From positions 1 through 52,390 of IMG/VR virus record IMGVR_UViG_3300027970_000038: 52,390 nt of DNA; one strand, written 5' to 3'. The translations under genes and the position numbers were made by a program. Origin of the DNA: a virus (taxonomy: Duplodnaviria; Caudoviricetes). This document shows positions 10,314 through 20,061 of this stretch, piece after piece. Positions within the stretch are counted from its first letter, which is position 1; each line of letters opens with the position of its first letter. The notes below the pieces were generated by a model that searched no databases, was not told the origin of the DNA, and saw only the letters and a list, made by a program, of their open reading frames with translations.

Positions 10314-11373
10314 TGGGTGCAAATTTGGTTGTTCTTCTATTCAATTGATAGAGGATACACTGCCGCCTGAAAGTTCTTCGAAGACAATTTATCATTTGCC
10401 ATTGACGACCGGCTTAGTACGCGATTATAAAGAAGAGGTCAAGAATTTCATCGCCCGCTGCATAAAAGTAGATGGTATAATTGTAGACTGTACCGGTGAA
10501 GGTCCGGAACGAGAAAGAAGTCATATTCTCATTAGGATGTTAGAAGATGCTGGGTTTAGTAAAAAGCAAATATTATATATAGACAGCGGTCTTGATTATT
10601 TTGACCATTGTAATCACGCCATCGCTCCCAATTGGATAGCTTCTTATAAGGACCTAGCAGAGTTGCAAAGTTGCAATGAGCTATCGACTAGAGACACACT
10701 GTTCTTGGCTCTTGCCAGAATTCCCAAATACCAAAGAACTAAATTAATAATTAAGATGATTGAACATGGGTTAGGTCCTGTATCACTGATGTCATGTGGA
10801 AGTAATGCATTGGAAGACGGCATCGGTGATAATCAATTATTCGACCAACTAGTTCCAGAATCTATTAGACACTTATTCCCTATTATCATTGACGATGTTC
10901 GAGTAGATCGTTATACTGCATCAACTAGCATAGACCCTCGCTTTAAGCAATCCTTGATCAATATAGTATTAGAATCTAATTACGAAAACAATGTGTACGA
11001 TTCTGGTGGTCCACCTAGTCATTGCTGGGACAGGCTGTTCTACACAGAAAAAACTGATAAGTGCTTCATGATGGAGCAAATTCCCTTGTTCTTGGCTAAG
11101 CGGGGCTATGTTGATAAGATCAGGAAGTTAGGATTCGATGTATTTGATGATGTAATAGATCATACATATGACACTGTTGTAGATTATGACCTGCGAATAG
11201 AAGTTCTGGCAGATGAATGCAATAGATTAGCCAACATTGGATTGACCGAGTTACTCCAGATCGATCGGCTGAAAGAGAGATTAGAGAAGAATAAAATGCT
11301 ACCCAGCGTAGTAAAACAACAATACCTGATTGAGTTTAGACATACTATGACTCAGTGGGCAAATAATTTGTGA
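10303..11373 (+). CDS. Putative glycosyltransferase-like protein (paralog of 8044-9354)
   Basis: INIVLES..FYTEKT..GFDVFDDVIDHTYD motif. Confidence 0.5.
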   Translation: MLINGCKFGCSSIQLIEDTLPPESSSKTIYHLPLTTGLVRDYKEEVKNFIARCIKVDGIIVDCTGEGPERERSHILIRMLEDAGFSKKQILYIDSGLDYFDHCNHAIAPNWIASYKDLAELQSCNELSTRDTLFLALARIPKYQRTKLIIKMIEHGLGPVSLMSCGSNALEDGIGDNQLFDQLVPESIRHLFPIIIDDVRVDRYTASTSIDPRFKQSLINIVLESNYENNVYDSGGPPSHCWDRLFYTEKTDKCFMMEQIPLFLAKRGYVDKIRKLGFDVFDDVIDHTYDTVVDYDLRIEVLADECNRLANIGLTELLQIDRLKERLEKNKMLPSVVKQQYLIEFRHTMTQWANNL

Positions 11374-11382
11374 GGATATATT

Positions 11383-11985
11383 ATGGGAACACTCCCCTAC
11401 TTAATGTTAGAAGAAAGATTTCAAGACTTAACGCTGAATGATGACAGCATAGTATTGGAAATAGGAAGCGAAAGAGGCGAAGGAAGTAGTGTATTCTTAA
11501 GTAAATGGGCGACAAAGAATAACATACCTTTCTACTCAGTGGATGTATTGGAACATGCAAAGAACAGCTTTGAACTAGCCAACACTAGCTTTGAAGTTGC
11601 GAACAGCGGGCATGAATGGTGTAGAGACATCTTGCCTACATTGGGTAAGAAGATCAAAGTATTGTATCTAGACAATTTTGATTGGACTGATCCTAATAAC
11701 CTTGTTTACCTATGGCTTCATGAATTGATACAGGCATACTCGGATCGCGGAGTAACTATGAACAATGAAAACTCTCAAGAAGAACATCGGCTTCAATCAT
11801 TGTATTGTATTCCATATATGGATGAACAGAGTGTAGTACTATTTGACGATACCTGGGCAAGTCATGCAACGGAGTCCGGATATGATGGTAAATCTGGTAC
11901 TGCGATTCCGATATTCATCGACGCTGGATTTCAAGTTCACATTGATTCTACGTACGGGTTGTATGCTACTAGAGGGTTGGAATGA
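11383..11985 (+). CDS. Class I SAM-dependent methyltransferase
   Basis: VLEIGSERG motif I, LYLD, VLFDD. Confidence 0.65.
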   Translation: MGTLPYLMLEERFQDLTLNDDSIVLEIGSERGEGSSVFLSKWATKNNIPFYSVDVLEHAKNSFELANTSFEVANSGHEWCRDILPTLGKKIKVLYLDNFDWTDPNNLVYLWLHELIQAYSDRGVTMNNENSQEEHRLQSLYCIPYMDEQSVVLFDDTWASHATESGYDGKSGTAIPIFIDAGFQVHIDSTYGLYATRGLE

Positions 11986-12620
11986 GCGAACTAAACTTAA
12001 ATTGGCTACAAGAAAACTTCAAAGACAAAGAGATAGTGGTATTTGATATCGGCGCCGCTGATCTCTATGATACTACTAGGATAAGACAGGTTTTGCCTCA
12101 AGCCAGGCTCTATTCGTTCGAGTGTAATAAAGTATGGGAGTTGAAAAATTATGATACTGCGATCAGTGAGGGAATATATCACTTTCAATGTGCGGTTACT
12201 GACATCGATGGCGAAGATATCTTTTATCCTAGTCATACTTTAAAGAAAGAACCCTGGCATTATTCAGGCAGTATGTGTCCACCGATCGAAATTTCTGATT
12301 TTGAATGGGGAGAACCCCATGCCGTACGAACTACCCGACTAGATACCTTTTGTGAGAAGTTCAACGTAAGCCCTGACTTTATTCATATTGATGTTCAGGG
12401 TGCTGAATATAAAGTATTGTCTTGTTTGGGCAAACACCGGCCAATGGCAATTTGGGCAGAGATTTGCGAGTTTGAAAGTGTTTATAAGACAGGAACAACG
12501 TACAATAAGTTCACAGAATTGATGACGATGCTCGGTTATACTTCTATGGGTAGATATAACGGAGATGAATTATTCATACATACCACATCTACTCTCACTG
12601 ATTATACTAGCACGACATGA
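11982..12620 (+). CDS. FkbM-family methyltransferase
   Basis: VFDIGA, YSFE, TTRLD, IHIDVQGAE. Confidence 0.85.
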   Translation: MSELNLNWLQENFKDKEIVVFDIGAADLYDTTRIRQVLPQARLYSFECNKVWELKNYDTAISEGIYHFQCAVTDIDGEDIFYPSHTLKKEPWHYSGSMCPPIEISDFEWGEPHAVRTTRLDTFCEKFNVSPDFIHIDVQGAEYKVLSCLGKHRPMAIWAEICEFESVYKTGTTYNKFTELMTMLGYTSMGRYNGDELFIHTTSTLTDYTSTT

Positions 12621-12683
12621 AAGATAAAACTTTCAATGGAAATTTTCTGAGTTAAATAAATTTAAGAGACTTAGAGGAATAAT

Positions 12684-12962
12684 ATGTCAGAATTTATCAG
12701 CACTAACAATAACACTGCGCCTGGTGTAGACTATAACATGGGCAATCAAGTTAAGGACATCATAGAAAAGTACGTGGGCACTGAACTCACGGAAGAAACC
12801 TGTGATCAACTCATGGAAGACCTAAGGTTCGCGTTCGGTGAGAATATCGAAGCCCAAGTAACGATTGACACTGACATCAATGATATCGAAGTTATCGTCA
12901 GAGATTCAAACAATATCCTCATGAAATGTTCATCACTAACATTGTTCAAAGAAGAAGCATAA
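12684..12962 (+). CDS. Hypothetical acidic protein
   Basis: 92 aa ORF, GAGG SD, TAAATA upstream. Confidence 0.55.
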   Translation: MSEFISTNNNTAPGVDYNMGNQVKDIIEKYVGTELTEETCDQLMEDLRFAFGENIEAQVTIDTDINDIEVIVRDSNNILMKCSSLTLFKEEA

Positions 12963-12963
12963 T

Positions 12964-13140
12964 ATGACTGAAGAGGTCGAGGCATACAATAGATTGTTGA
13001 TTAGTAATGAACGTATACTTGCTACCCTAAAGAAAAGATTCAAGGGCAATACCGCAGAAGATGTAAAGAAGCTATTAGCTAGAGACATCGAAGAAATGGA
13101 AGCTAAGATCAAAAGAATAAAGGCAAAGATCGATGGATAA
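12964..13140 (+). CDS. Small hypothetical protein (58 aa)
   Basis: Below ORF-track cutoff; MTEEVEAY...KIDG, fills operon gap. Confidence 0.5.
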   Translation: MTEEVEAYNRLLISNERILATLKKRFKGNTAEDVKKLLARDIEEMEAKIKRIKAKIDG

Positions 13141-13294
13141 CATCTTAAACTATGACAATGGTATTATCGCAGCAGCACTGATGGTGTATGTGAACGAAGC
13201 AAAAGCCGATAATTCACCCCAAGACTTGATCGATAGAGCAAACGAACTCTATTTTATCTTTATGAACAAATCATCTACTGAAACATACGACTAG
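13133..13294 (+). CDS. Small hypothetical protein (53 aa)
   Basis: MDNILNYD...TETYD, overlaps previous stop. Confidence 0.45.
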   Translation: MDNILNYDNGIIAAALMVYVNEAKADNSPQDLIDRANELYFIFMNKSSTETYD

Positions 13295-13497
13295 CCCGCT
13301 ATCTCCTAAAAAACTGATTGGTTCATGAGAAAAAGCATGGGGTTTGATATCTGAATGATTAGGCTGTTACTTAAATATTTCAAGCGAGAACTACGATATC
13401 GGAAGTGGATGAAGAAAATAAAACTAAGAGACTATTGATTTATCACGAGTATGTACGTAAAATTTATATGGTATCATATGCTACACATAAGTAATAG

Positions 13498-16400
13498 ATG
13501 CTAAGGGATGTATTTTATCTTAATAATAAACCAAATGTTCATCCGCGCGAACGGTTCGCAGAATCAGTAGACGATGCTAGGCAGAAGTCTACTACAGAAC
13601 ATTTTTGGATAATTAACGAGTTTTGCGAGTATCATAACTTCGATTGGGATTTTGATTTTGAATTTCTTCCCGACGAAGATGTATGGGCAGAAAATCATAA
13701 TAATGTATGGCCTAGCCAGCATCAAAAAGATTCTGGAACTTGGTTATGTCCTAAAGAACATAGCGATTTGATCATCTACCGCAGTGATGTAGATCCCGTA
13801 ATACGTAAGAACGAAAAGACTGCTCGCTGGGTAGAGCTTGACAAAATAGATCATACTAAATTTGATTTTTCTTGGCATCCTGATATTACAGACCCTCCTT
13901 ATATCTATAAGTGGGGAAGCAAGTTTGCGCCTGTACAACTCAAATCCTGCTTAGAGTATCACGTTGAGAACGCTACAACTGTAAAATACATGAGTAACAT
14001 AGTTGAATTGTTGCCCGAAACCGACAGGTGGATCGAACATCAACTTATTGATGAATCAAAATTTGATATGTCATGGCGCCCTGATCCACTAGACCCTATT
14101 CTAAATTATGTCTGGGGTAACAAGTATATCGATGGCAGATTAAAACCCACTCTCGAATATCATGTATCCGACAGCGTTGACACAAAGTATATGCCTGATT
14201 TAATCTCAGTGTTTCCAGAATGGGATAAGTGGGTCGAACATCAACTAGTCGATAGAACTAAATTTGACTTTAGTTGGCGCCCCGACCCAAGAGAACCCGC
14301 ATATATCTATACCTGGGGTAACAAGTATATCGATGGGATACAACAGCCAACCGTCGAATATCATTGCCCTGGCGCAACAGAGCGCAAGTACATGACTAAT
14401 GATGTAGAGGTCTTGCCGGAATGGGATAGATGGGTCGAAGTACAGTCGGTGGACAAGAATAAATTTGATATGTCTTGGAGACCCGACCCAAGAGAACCCT
14501 CGTATATCTATACCTGGGGCAACAAGTATATCGATGCCGAGATCATTCCGACACTTGAGTATCATTGCCCCGGCGCGACAGAGCGCAAGTACATGACGAA
14601 TGATGTTGTTGTGCTTCCAGAATGGGATAAGTGGCAGATTCCTAGCAATATCGATAGAACTAAATTTGACTTTAGTTGGAGACCCGACCCAAGAGAACCC
14701 GCATATATCTATACCTGGGGCAACAAGTATATCGATGGGATACTACAGCCAACCGTCGAATATCATTGTGAAGGTGCTACCGAACGCAAGTACATGACGA
14801 ATGATGTTGTTGTGCTTCCAGAATGGGACAGATGGGTCGAAGTACAGGCCGTTGACAAGAATAAATTTGACTTTAGTTGGCGACCCGACCCAAGAGAACC
14901 CGCATATATCTATACCTGGGGCAACAAGTATATCGATGCCGAGATCATTCCTACACTAGAATATCATTGTGAAGGTGCTACCGAACGCAAGTACATGACG
15001 AATGATGTTGTTGTGCTTCCAGAATGGGATAAGTGGCAGATTCCTAGCAATATCGATAGAACTAAATTTGACTTTAGTTGGCGACCCGACCCAAGAGAAC
15101 CTGTTTTTATATATGCATTCGCTACAGTATGGAATAATAGGGGAGGCCCGACATATACTGCACCTAACGCAACTGAATACAAATATGTCGAAGACGTTAA
15201 GGCAAAGTTATTACCAAGCAAGGACAATTGGGAAATCAATGATATAGATGTATCTACCTTTGACTTCTCATGGGTTCCGCATCCTGAAGCTCCTCCGTAC
15301 ATCTATCAGTTTGGAACACTAGAAGACGCCACCAATGGTCCAAGATATGTTTCTCCAAACAACGACGGGATAGTGGTTAAACTCAATTGGATATCTAAAG
15401 AACACACAGAGCAAGAAGTAATTGTATCACGATACTATATCGAGACGACATTAGACGACCTAATTAAAAAACACCCCAACGAACTATTTTGGGCAATGCA
15501 TAAAAACATTGATTATTCAACGTTTGACTTTAGTTGGCGCCCTGAGATAGTAGAAACTGCATATCAATTAGATTATGTACACGTTTTTGGTAGTACTGAG
15601 TCTGAACTTACTCAGACTTATTTTGTAAGCGGTAAAAATTATCTGGCTGGTAAAACATCTTTTAACTTCATTGAAGGCAACACTAAACTTGATGAAAAGA
15701 CATTGTTTAAGATATTCAATAAGGCTGATATGTTTTATATTGACAGGGGTAACATAGAATCACAAGCAAGATTTGATGCACTCAAACTATTACACCCAAA
15801 GATTCAAAAGACACGGTATCTTAATTCGTGGGTCGATACTATAAAGCGGTGTGTCAACCGTGCAACGAGTGAATTGGTCTGGGTTCTTAACTCAGAACTT
15901 GACTATAGTGACTTCGACTTCGAATATTACCCTAACCCCTGGCAGATGAAAATGGTAAATGTATTCGGCACACAGTGGTCACATTGGGGTTCTACATTCT
16001 TAGTCAATAGAGAAACTTTTGCAGAAGATACAAAATATATTAATATCATCGAACATCTATCTAACCTGAACTTTGTTAAGACGATGCGGGCCAAAGCAAC
16101 AGAATGTGTATACGACACCATTGTCGTCGACCACGGCAATAAAGAACTTGACAATGTTATCCGGCAAATAACTGCTAAGACATCAGGTAAAAATGTAACG
16201 GTTGTCAAGTACAACGACAGTTATCTACAGACAATAAAGGATATCGTTACATCATTGCCTGAAAAGAAAGAACATTATCTGTGGCTTTGCAGCAGTGTAT
16301 GCGACTACTCATCCTTTGATTTCTCTTACATGTGTGATCCTTTTGCCAGAGATAACCTTCATGTATTTGCCAGTGGTAAACAGAAGTTTGGAGATACTTT

Positions 16401-17454
16401 CCTTGTTGACGTAAACAAGACTAAGGAGATCATATATGATATGTCGTTGTTAGAAGATTATCCAAAGGTCAACTATAACGGTGTGATGAAGGTAAATAGA
16501 TTACCAGAACCAATCATTGTTACAACCAACGATACATCGATTGAAGCAATAATGCATATAGAAGATTTTCCATATGCAACTATCACTACGTCTGACAATG
16601 AAAACATCGACGTGGCAGAAGTTGAACCTATGAATCTGTGGGCACCCGAGACTAAAAACATCTTAGTTACGAGTACCGGGGCAACTCGAATTACTGTTCC
16701 ATATGAAGCTAAAGAGTATGTCAAGAAAGAATTATACGATTATCCCTATATCAAGAGAGCAGCTAAATTAGCCGTGTCCTCGCCCATGGATATTGTATAC
16801 TTGAGCAACGGAGAAACAGGTGCCGAAGAAAACTGGGAACATCTACAAGAGATCACAAAGGATATCAAGAACCGTGTAGTGAGAGTTGATGGAGTCAATG
16901 GCCGTGTTCAAGCATATCATGCAGCACTAGAAGCAAGCGAGACACCCTGGGCTTTTACTGTGTTCGCCAAACTAAAGATCGACCCCAAATTTGACTGGTC
17001 CTGGCAGCCTGATAGAATGCAAATCGCAAAGCATTATATCTTCTATGCAAAGAATCCTGTCAATGGATTGATTTATGGTCACCAAGGCCTTATATGTTAC
17101 AATAAGAAACTCACTCTAGCCAACAGTGGTAAGGGATTAGACTTCACTCTAGACGATGAACACGAAGTAGTACCGTTGTTGTCTGGTATCGCTAACTATA
17201 ACACAGACGAGTTTTCTACTTGGCGTACTTCGTTTAGAGAGGTGTTGAAGTTAAAGGCAGAAGATAGTGATATTGCTCGCACTAGATTAGATGCTTGGCT
17301 AAACAATGCAGAAGGAAAGTTCAGTCAATACAGTATCAAAGGTGCAATTGACGCCACAGAATATTATGATAAAGTTGGCGGAGACTTCAACAAGTTGAAA
17401 CTTAGTTATGAATGGGCCTGGCTGAAAGAACGATTCGACAAGTCTAAGATTTAA
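13498..17454 (+). CDS. Giant repeat protein with C-terminal glycosyltransferase-like domain
   Basis: About ten FDFSWxP units, many within 67-aa repeats; C-terminal YLSNGE/RVDGVNG..AYH/STWRTSFRE domain paralogous to 5517-6464. Confidence 0.65.
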   Translation: MLRDVFYLNNKPNVHPRERFAESVDDARQKSTTEHFWIINEFCEYHNFDWDFDFEFLPDEDVWAENHNNVWPSQHQKDSGTWLCPKEHSDLIIYRSDVDPVIRKNEKTARWVELDKIDHTKFDFSWHPDITDPPYIYKWGSKFAPVQLKSCLEYHVENATTVKYMSNIVELLPETDRWIEHQLIDESKFDMSWRPDPLDPILNYVWGNKYIDGRLKPTLEYHVSDSVDTKYMPDLISVFPEWDKWVEHQLVDRTKFDFSWRPDPREPAYIYTWGNKYIDGIQQPTVEYHCPGATERKYMTNDVEVLPEWDRWVEVQSVDKNKFDMSWRPDPREPSYIYTWGNKYIDAEIIPTLEYHCPGATERKYMTNDVVVLPEWDKWQIPSNIDRTKFDFSWRPDPREPAYIYTWGNKYIDGILQPTVEYHCEGATERKYMTNDVVVLPEWDRWVEVQAVDKNKFDFSWRPDPREPAYIYTWGNKYIDAEIIPTLEYHCEGATERKYMTNDVVVLPEWDKWQIPSNIDRTKFDFSWRPDPREPVFIYAFATVWNNRGGPTYTAPNATEYKYVEDVKAKLLPSKDNWEINDIDVSTFDFSWVPHPEAPPYIYQFGTLEDATNGPRYVSPNNDGIVVKLNWISKEHTEQEVIVSRYYIETTLDDLIKKHPNELFWAMHKNIDYSTFDFSWRPEIVETAYQLDYVHVFGSTESELTQTYFVSGKNYLAGKTSFNFIEGNTKLDEKTLFKIFNKADMFYIDRGNIESQARFDALKLLHPKIQKTRYLNSWVDTIKRCVNRATSELVWVLNSELDYSDFDFEYYPNPWQMKMVNVFGTQWSHWGSTFLVNRETFAEDTKYINIIEHLSNLNFVKTMRAKATECVYDTIVVDHGNKELDNVIRQITAKTSGKNVTVVKYNDSYLQTIKDIVTSLPEKKEHYLWLCSSVCDYSSFDFSYMCDPFARDNLHVFASGKQKFGDTFLVDVNKTKEIIYDMSLLEDYPKVNYNGVMKVNRLPEPIIVTTNDTSIEAIMHIEDFPYATITTSDNENIDVAEVEPMNLWAPETKNILVTSTGATRITVPYEAKEYVKKELYDYPYIKRAAKLAVSSPMDIVYLSNGETGAEENWEHLQEITKDIKNRVVRVDGVNGRVQAYHAALEASETPWAFTVFAKLKIDPKFDWSWQPDRMQIAKHYIFYAKNPVNGLIYGHQGLICYNKKLTLANSGKGLDFTLDDEHEVVPLLSGIANYNTDEFSTWRTSFREVLKLKAEDSDIARTRLDAWLNNAEGKFSQYSIKGAIDATEYYDKVGGDFNKLKLSYEWAWLKERFDKSKI
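14215..15110 (+). repeat. 201-bp (67-codon) intragenic tandem repeat, about 4.5 near-identical copies
   Basis: CCRGAATGGGA unit starts at 14215, 14416, 14617, 14818, 15019; more diverged copies flank the array. Confidence 0.9.
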
Positions 17455-17467
17455 AAAGGCTTGACAA

Positions 17468-17542
17468 ATGATAAACAAATACAATACCGAAAATGAAGTC
17501 CCATTCGGCTGGGTTAAAGGAAGAAGATCAAATTTTGGGTAA
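17468..17542 (+). pseudogene. Possible homing-endonuclease C-terminal remnant
   Basis: 24-codon ORF ending VPFGWVKGR, a tail motif of phage free-standing endonucleases. Confidence 0.35.
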
Positions 17543-17550
17543 TATGTAAA

Positions 17551-17581
17551 TTGACACTATTATACATTTAATGTATAAATA
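17551..17581 (+). promoter_or_regulatory. Combined sigma70-like/late promoter of tmRNA
   Basis: TTGACA-17 nt-TATAAA, where the -10 is also a full TATAAATA late box. Confidence 0.65.
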
Positions 17582-17586
17582 TAAAT

Positions 17587-17930
17587 GTAATTGATGACCG
17601 AGTTAATAGTTGTACAAGACCCGAACTGCGATGTTCGGCGCCTCCACCACAAGCACATTATTCCAGCCCGCAAGGATGGAAACTCGCGAGCCCTTTACTA
17701 GGTAACAAGTAGGACAGATATGCGAGCCTACTTAATGTGTTTCTGATGGGGGCGAATTAGTATCGATTGGCGACGAAAAGACAAGCGAGATTTCCGGTAA
17801 GACACGACCGTCAATTAGTTCAAAAAACTAAATGCTAACGACAATGATAGCATCATGGACATGCGCTTAGCTGCATAACCCCATATGAGTTTTGCTAGTT
17901 GAACTTGGAAACAGAATCAACTAGCGCCCC
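17587..17930 (+). ncRNA. ssrA: Permuted (two-piece) tmRNA
   Basis: Acceptor piece ends ..CCGAAC TGCGAT GTTCGG CGCCTCC ACCA (17649); coding piece starts GGGGGCG (17748), giving a 7-bp stem with G3.U70; tag ORF ANDNDSIMDMRLAA* at 17834-17878; outer ends approximate. Confidence 0.92.
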
Positions 17931-18075
17931 TCTCATCATGACATGTGATAAATACTATGATACGAGCCTTAATCAACTGGTACCAAATGGTTATCATTAG
18001 CTAATTTTATTTTTCGAATGACTGTTTGCTTCATATTTATTATCCCTGATAAATAGAGTAACACGGGGACATGAT

Positions 18076-18852
18076 ATGACATTAAGCACATATAAAACAA
18101 TCTTTATCAGCGATGTTCATTTGGGCTCTAAAGATTGCAAGGCTGAATTACTTAACAATTTCCTAAAGCATAATACCTGCGAGACTTTATATCTCGTGGG
18201 TGATATTATCGATGCATGGAAGATTCAGCAGAATCGTATGAAGTGGAAGCAGTCTCACACTAACGTAGTTAGACGCATTCTTGGACATAGCAAACGTAAT
18301 ACTAGAGTTGTCTATGTTGCAGGAAACCACGACGAATTTTTAAGACCCATGATACCTTATGCCGCCAATTTCGGCAAAATTGAAATATGCAACACCACAA
18401 CTCATGTGGGAGTAGACGGCAAGAAGTACATGGTAGTGCATGGCGACTTGTTTGACGGCATTACTCGCGTCGCCCCGTGGCTTAACTTTTTGGGTGATCG
18501 AGCATATGATTTCGTGTTAGGACTTAACAGTAGATTCAACTGGATTAGACATAGGTTTGGGTTTGGCTATTGGTCTCTATCAAAGTTCCTAAAGCACAAA
18601 GTTAAAAAAGCGGTTGACTTTATGTTTAAGTTTGAACTTAACATAACATCGTATGCTAAACGAAAAGGATTTGATGGAGTAATTTGTGGACATATCCACA
18701 ATGCCGAAATTAAAACAATTAACGATATAATATATATGAATGACGGTGACTGGGTAGAGTCTTGCACCGCACTAGTTGAACATCACAACGGTAGTTGGGA
18801 AATTATAACATGGACGGAATCAAATGTCGGTATTAATACTAGCCAAACGTAA
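18076..18852 (+). CDS. plcP: PlcP/LpxH-like calcineurin-type metallophosphoesterase
   Basis: SDVHLG, GDIID, GNHD, HGD, CGHIH, GDWVESCTA; GNHD (not GNRD) and YWSLS segment match PlcP-type enzymes. Confidence 0.7.
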   Translation: MTLSTYKTIFISDVHLGSKDCKAELLNNFLKHNTCETLYLVGDIIDAWKIQQNRMKWKQSHTNVVRRILGHSKRNTRVVYVAGNHDEFLRPMIPYAANFGKIEICNTTTHVGVDGKKYMVVHGDLFDGITRVAPWLNFLGDRAYDFVLGLNSRFNWIRHRFGFGYWSLSKFLKHKVKKAVDFMFKFELNITSYAKRKGFDGVICGHIHNAEIKTINDIIYMNDGDWVESCTALVEHHNGSWEIITWTESNVGINTSQT

Positions 18853-19726
18853 CGAAGACGAATACGGAACTGCTAGACTTATAGAAAGTTTTAGCAAGCG
18901 CGGAATTAAAACCGAAATCGCCAATCCAGAAAATTTTGATATAGTTATCGGAACCGATATCGGAAATAGCCTAAAATATAACGGCAAGTGTATTGAACCA
19001 CCTAAACTTGTGCTACCACGAACCGGTTCGACGACCAATGGATTTATTACTGCCTTGATCCGACAATTCGAAGAATCAGGCGTAGACTGCATCAACAGTT
19101 CTAAAAGTATTGAAATTGCCAAAGATAAACTTAGAACAAACCAACTTTTGGTAAAAAATAATATTCCTATTCCAAATACAATGTTGGTAAGATTTCCAGT
19201 TGACATTGAAATTGTAAATGATAATATCGGCTGGCCCTGCGTAGTTAAAGTTATCACGGGCAGTCATGGTGATGGTGTCTACCTATGCGAGAAGAAACGT
19301 GATTTTAACAAACTAATGGAGTTTATCAATAGTCTCAACACCCGAAAAACTTTGATTGTGCAAGAATATGTCAATGAGCGTCCCGGTGAAGATTTAAGAG
19401 TCTTAGTCATTGGTGGCAAAGTGGTCGGAGCGATGAAAAGAATAGCGCCCGATGGTGACTTCCGTGCAAACATCAGTGCAGGTGGGCACGGAGAAATATT
19501 TAAAGTAACAGAAGAGATTGAAAATATTGCTAGAGAAACTGCTAGGGTATGCGGACTACATATTGCAGGAATAGACTTACTTTTTGACAAGAATGGTTTC
19601 AAAGTATGTGAGGCCAATTCAGCACCAGGATTTTTAGGATTTGAAAAATACTGCGAAGTTGATGTCGCAGATCAAATTGTAGACTACATCGAGTCTAAGT
19701 TGCAGGAAACCATGAGCGTGAAATAG
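18824..19726 (+). CDS. rimK: RimK-family ATP-grasp amino-acid ligase
   Basis: DKL..IP.P.T, GSHGDGV, QEYV, DLRVLVIGG, FRAN..GG, GID, EANSAPGF. Confidence 0.85.
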   Translation: MSVLILAKRNEDEYGTARLIESFSKRGIKTEIANPENFDIVIGTDIGNSLKYNGKCIEPPKLVLPRTGSTTNGFITALIRQFEESGVDCINSSKSIEIAKDKLRTNQLLVKNNIPIPNTMLVRFPVDIEIVNDNIGWPCVVKVITGSHGDGVYLCEKKRDFNKLMEFINSLNTRKTLIVQEYVNERPGEDLRVLVIGGKVVGAMKRIAPDGDFRANISAGGHGEIFKVTEEIENIARETARVCGLHIAGIDLLFDKNGFKVCEANSAPGFLGFEKYCEVDVADQIVDYIESKLQETMSVK

Positions 19727-19800
19727 AACTCTGCAAATTTATTATATGCTAAGATTCTGAAACATGAGAGAAATAGGTTCGCCGACTTTAATTTTTTCGG

Positions 19801-19829
19801 TTGACATCGGATACCCATTCTGCTATTAT
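19801..19829 (+). promoter_or_regulatory. sigma70-like promoter
   Basis: TTGACA-17 nt-TATTAT. Confidence 0.6.
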
Positions 19830-19860
19830 TATTTATAGTCAGCAAGAGATAAATATAATC

Positions 19861-20061
19861 ATGAAACTTAATGAAGTTACCCAGCCCAGCGAAAAGGCTC
19901 TCTTTGAGTCTCTTGATGCTCATAACGACACTGGGCTCCGTACTGAGGATGTCGTTTCCATCATTAAAGCTGTCGATGGGCCGTGGCACGGTCCGATGAC
20001 CGGTGATGAGTTCCATGAACATCTTCAAGAAATGGCTAAAAAATACGGTGGCATCCTCTAA
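19861..20061 (+). CDS. Small acidic protein, putative antitoxin
   Basis: 66 aa from ATG 19861 (TAAATA 5 nt upstream); overlaps the downstream RelE/YafQ-like gene. Confidence 0.5.
   Translation: MKLNEVTQPSEKALFESLDAHNDTGLRTEDVVSIIKAVDGPWHGPMTGDEFHEHLQEMAKKYGGIL

Noticed and set aside
14215-15110. CRISPR array or DGR template/variable repeat
   Set aside because: Units are 201-bp in-frame coding repeats without unique spacers; differences are not adenine-specific and no reverse transcriptase is present in the window
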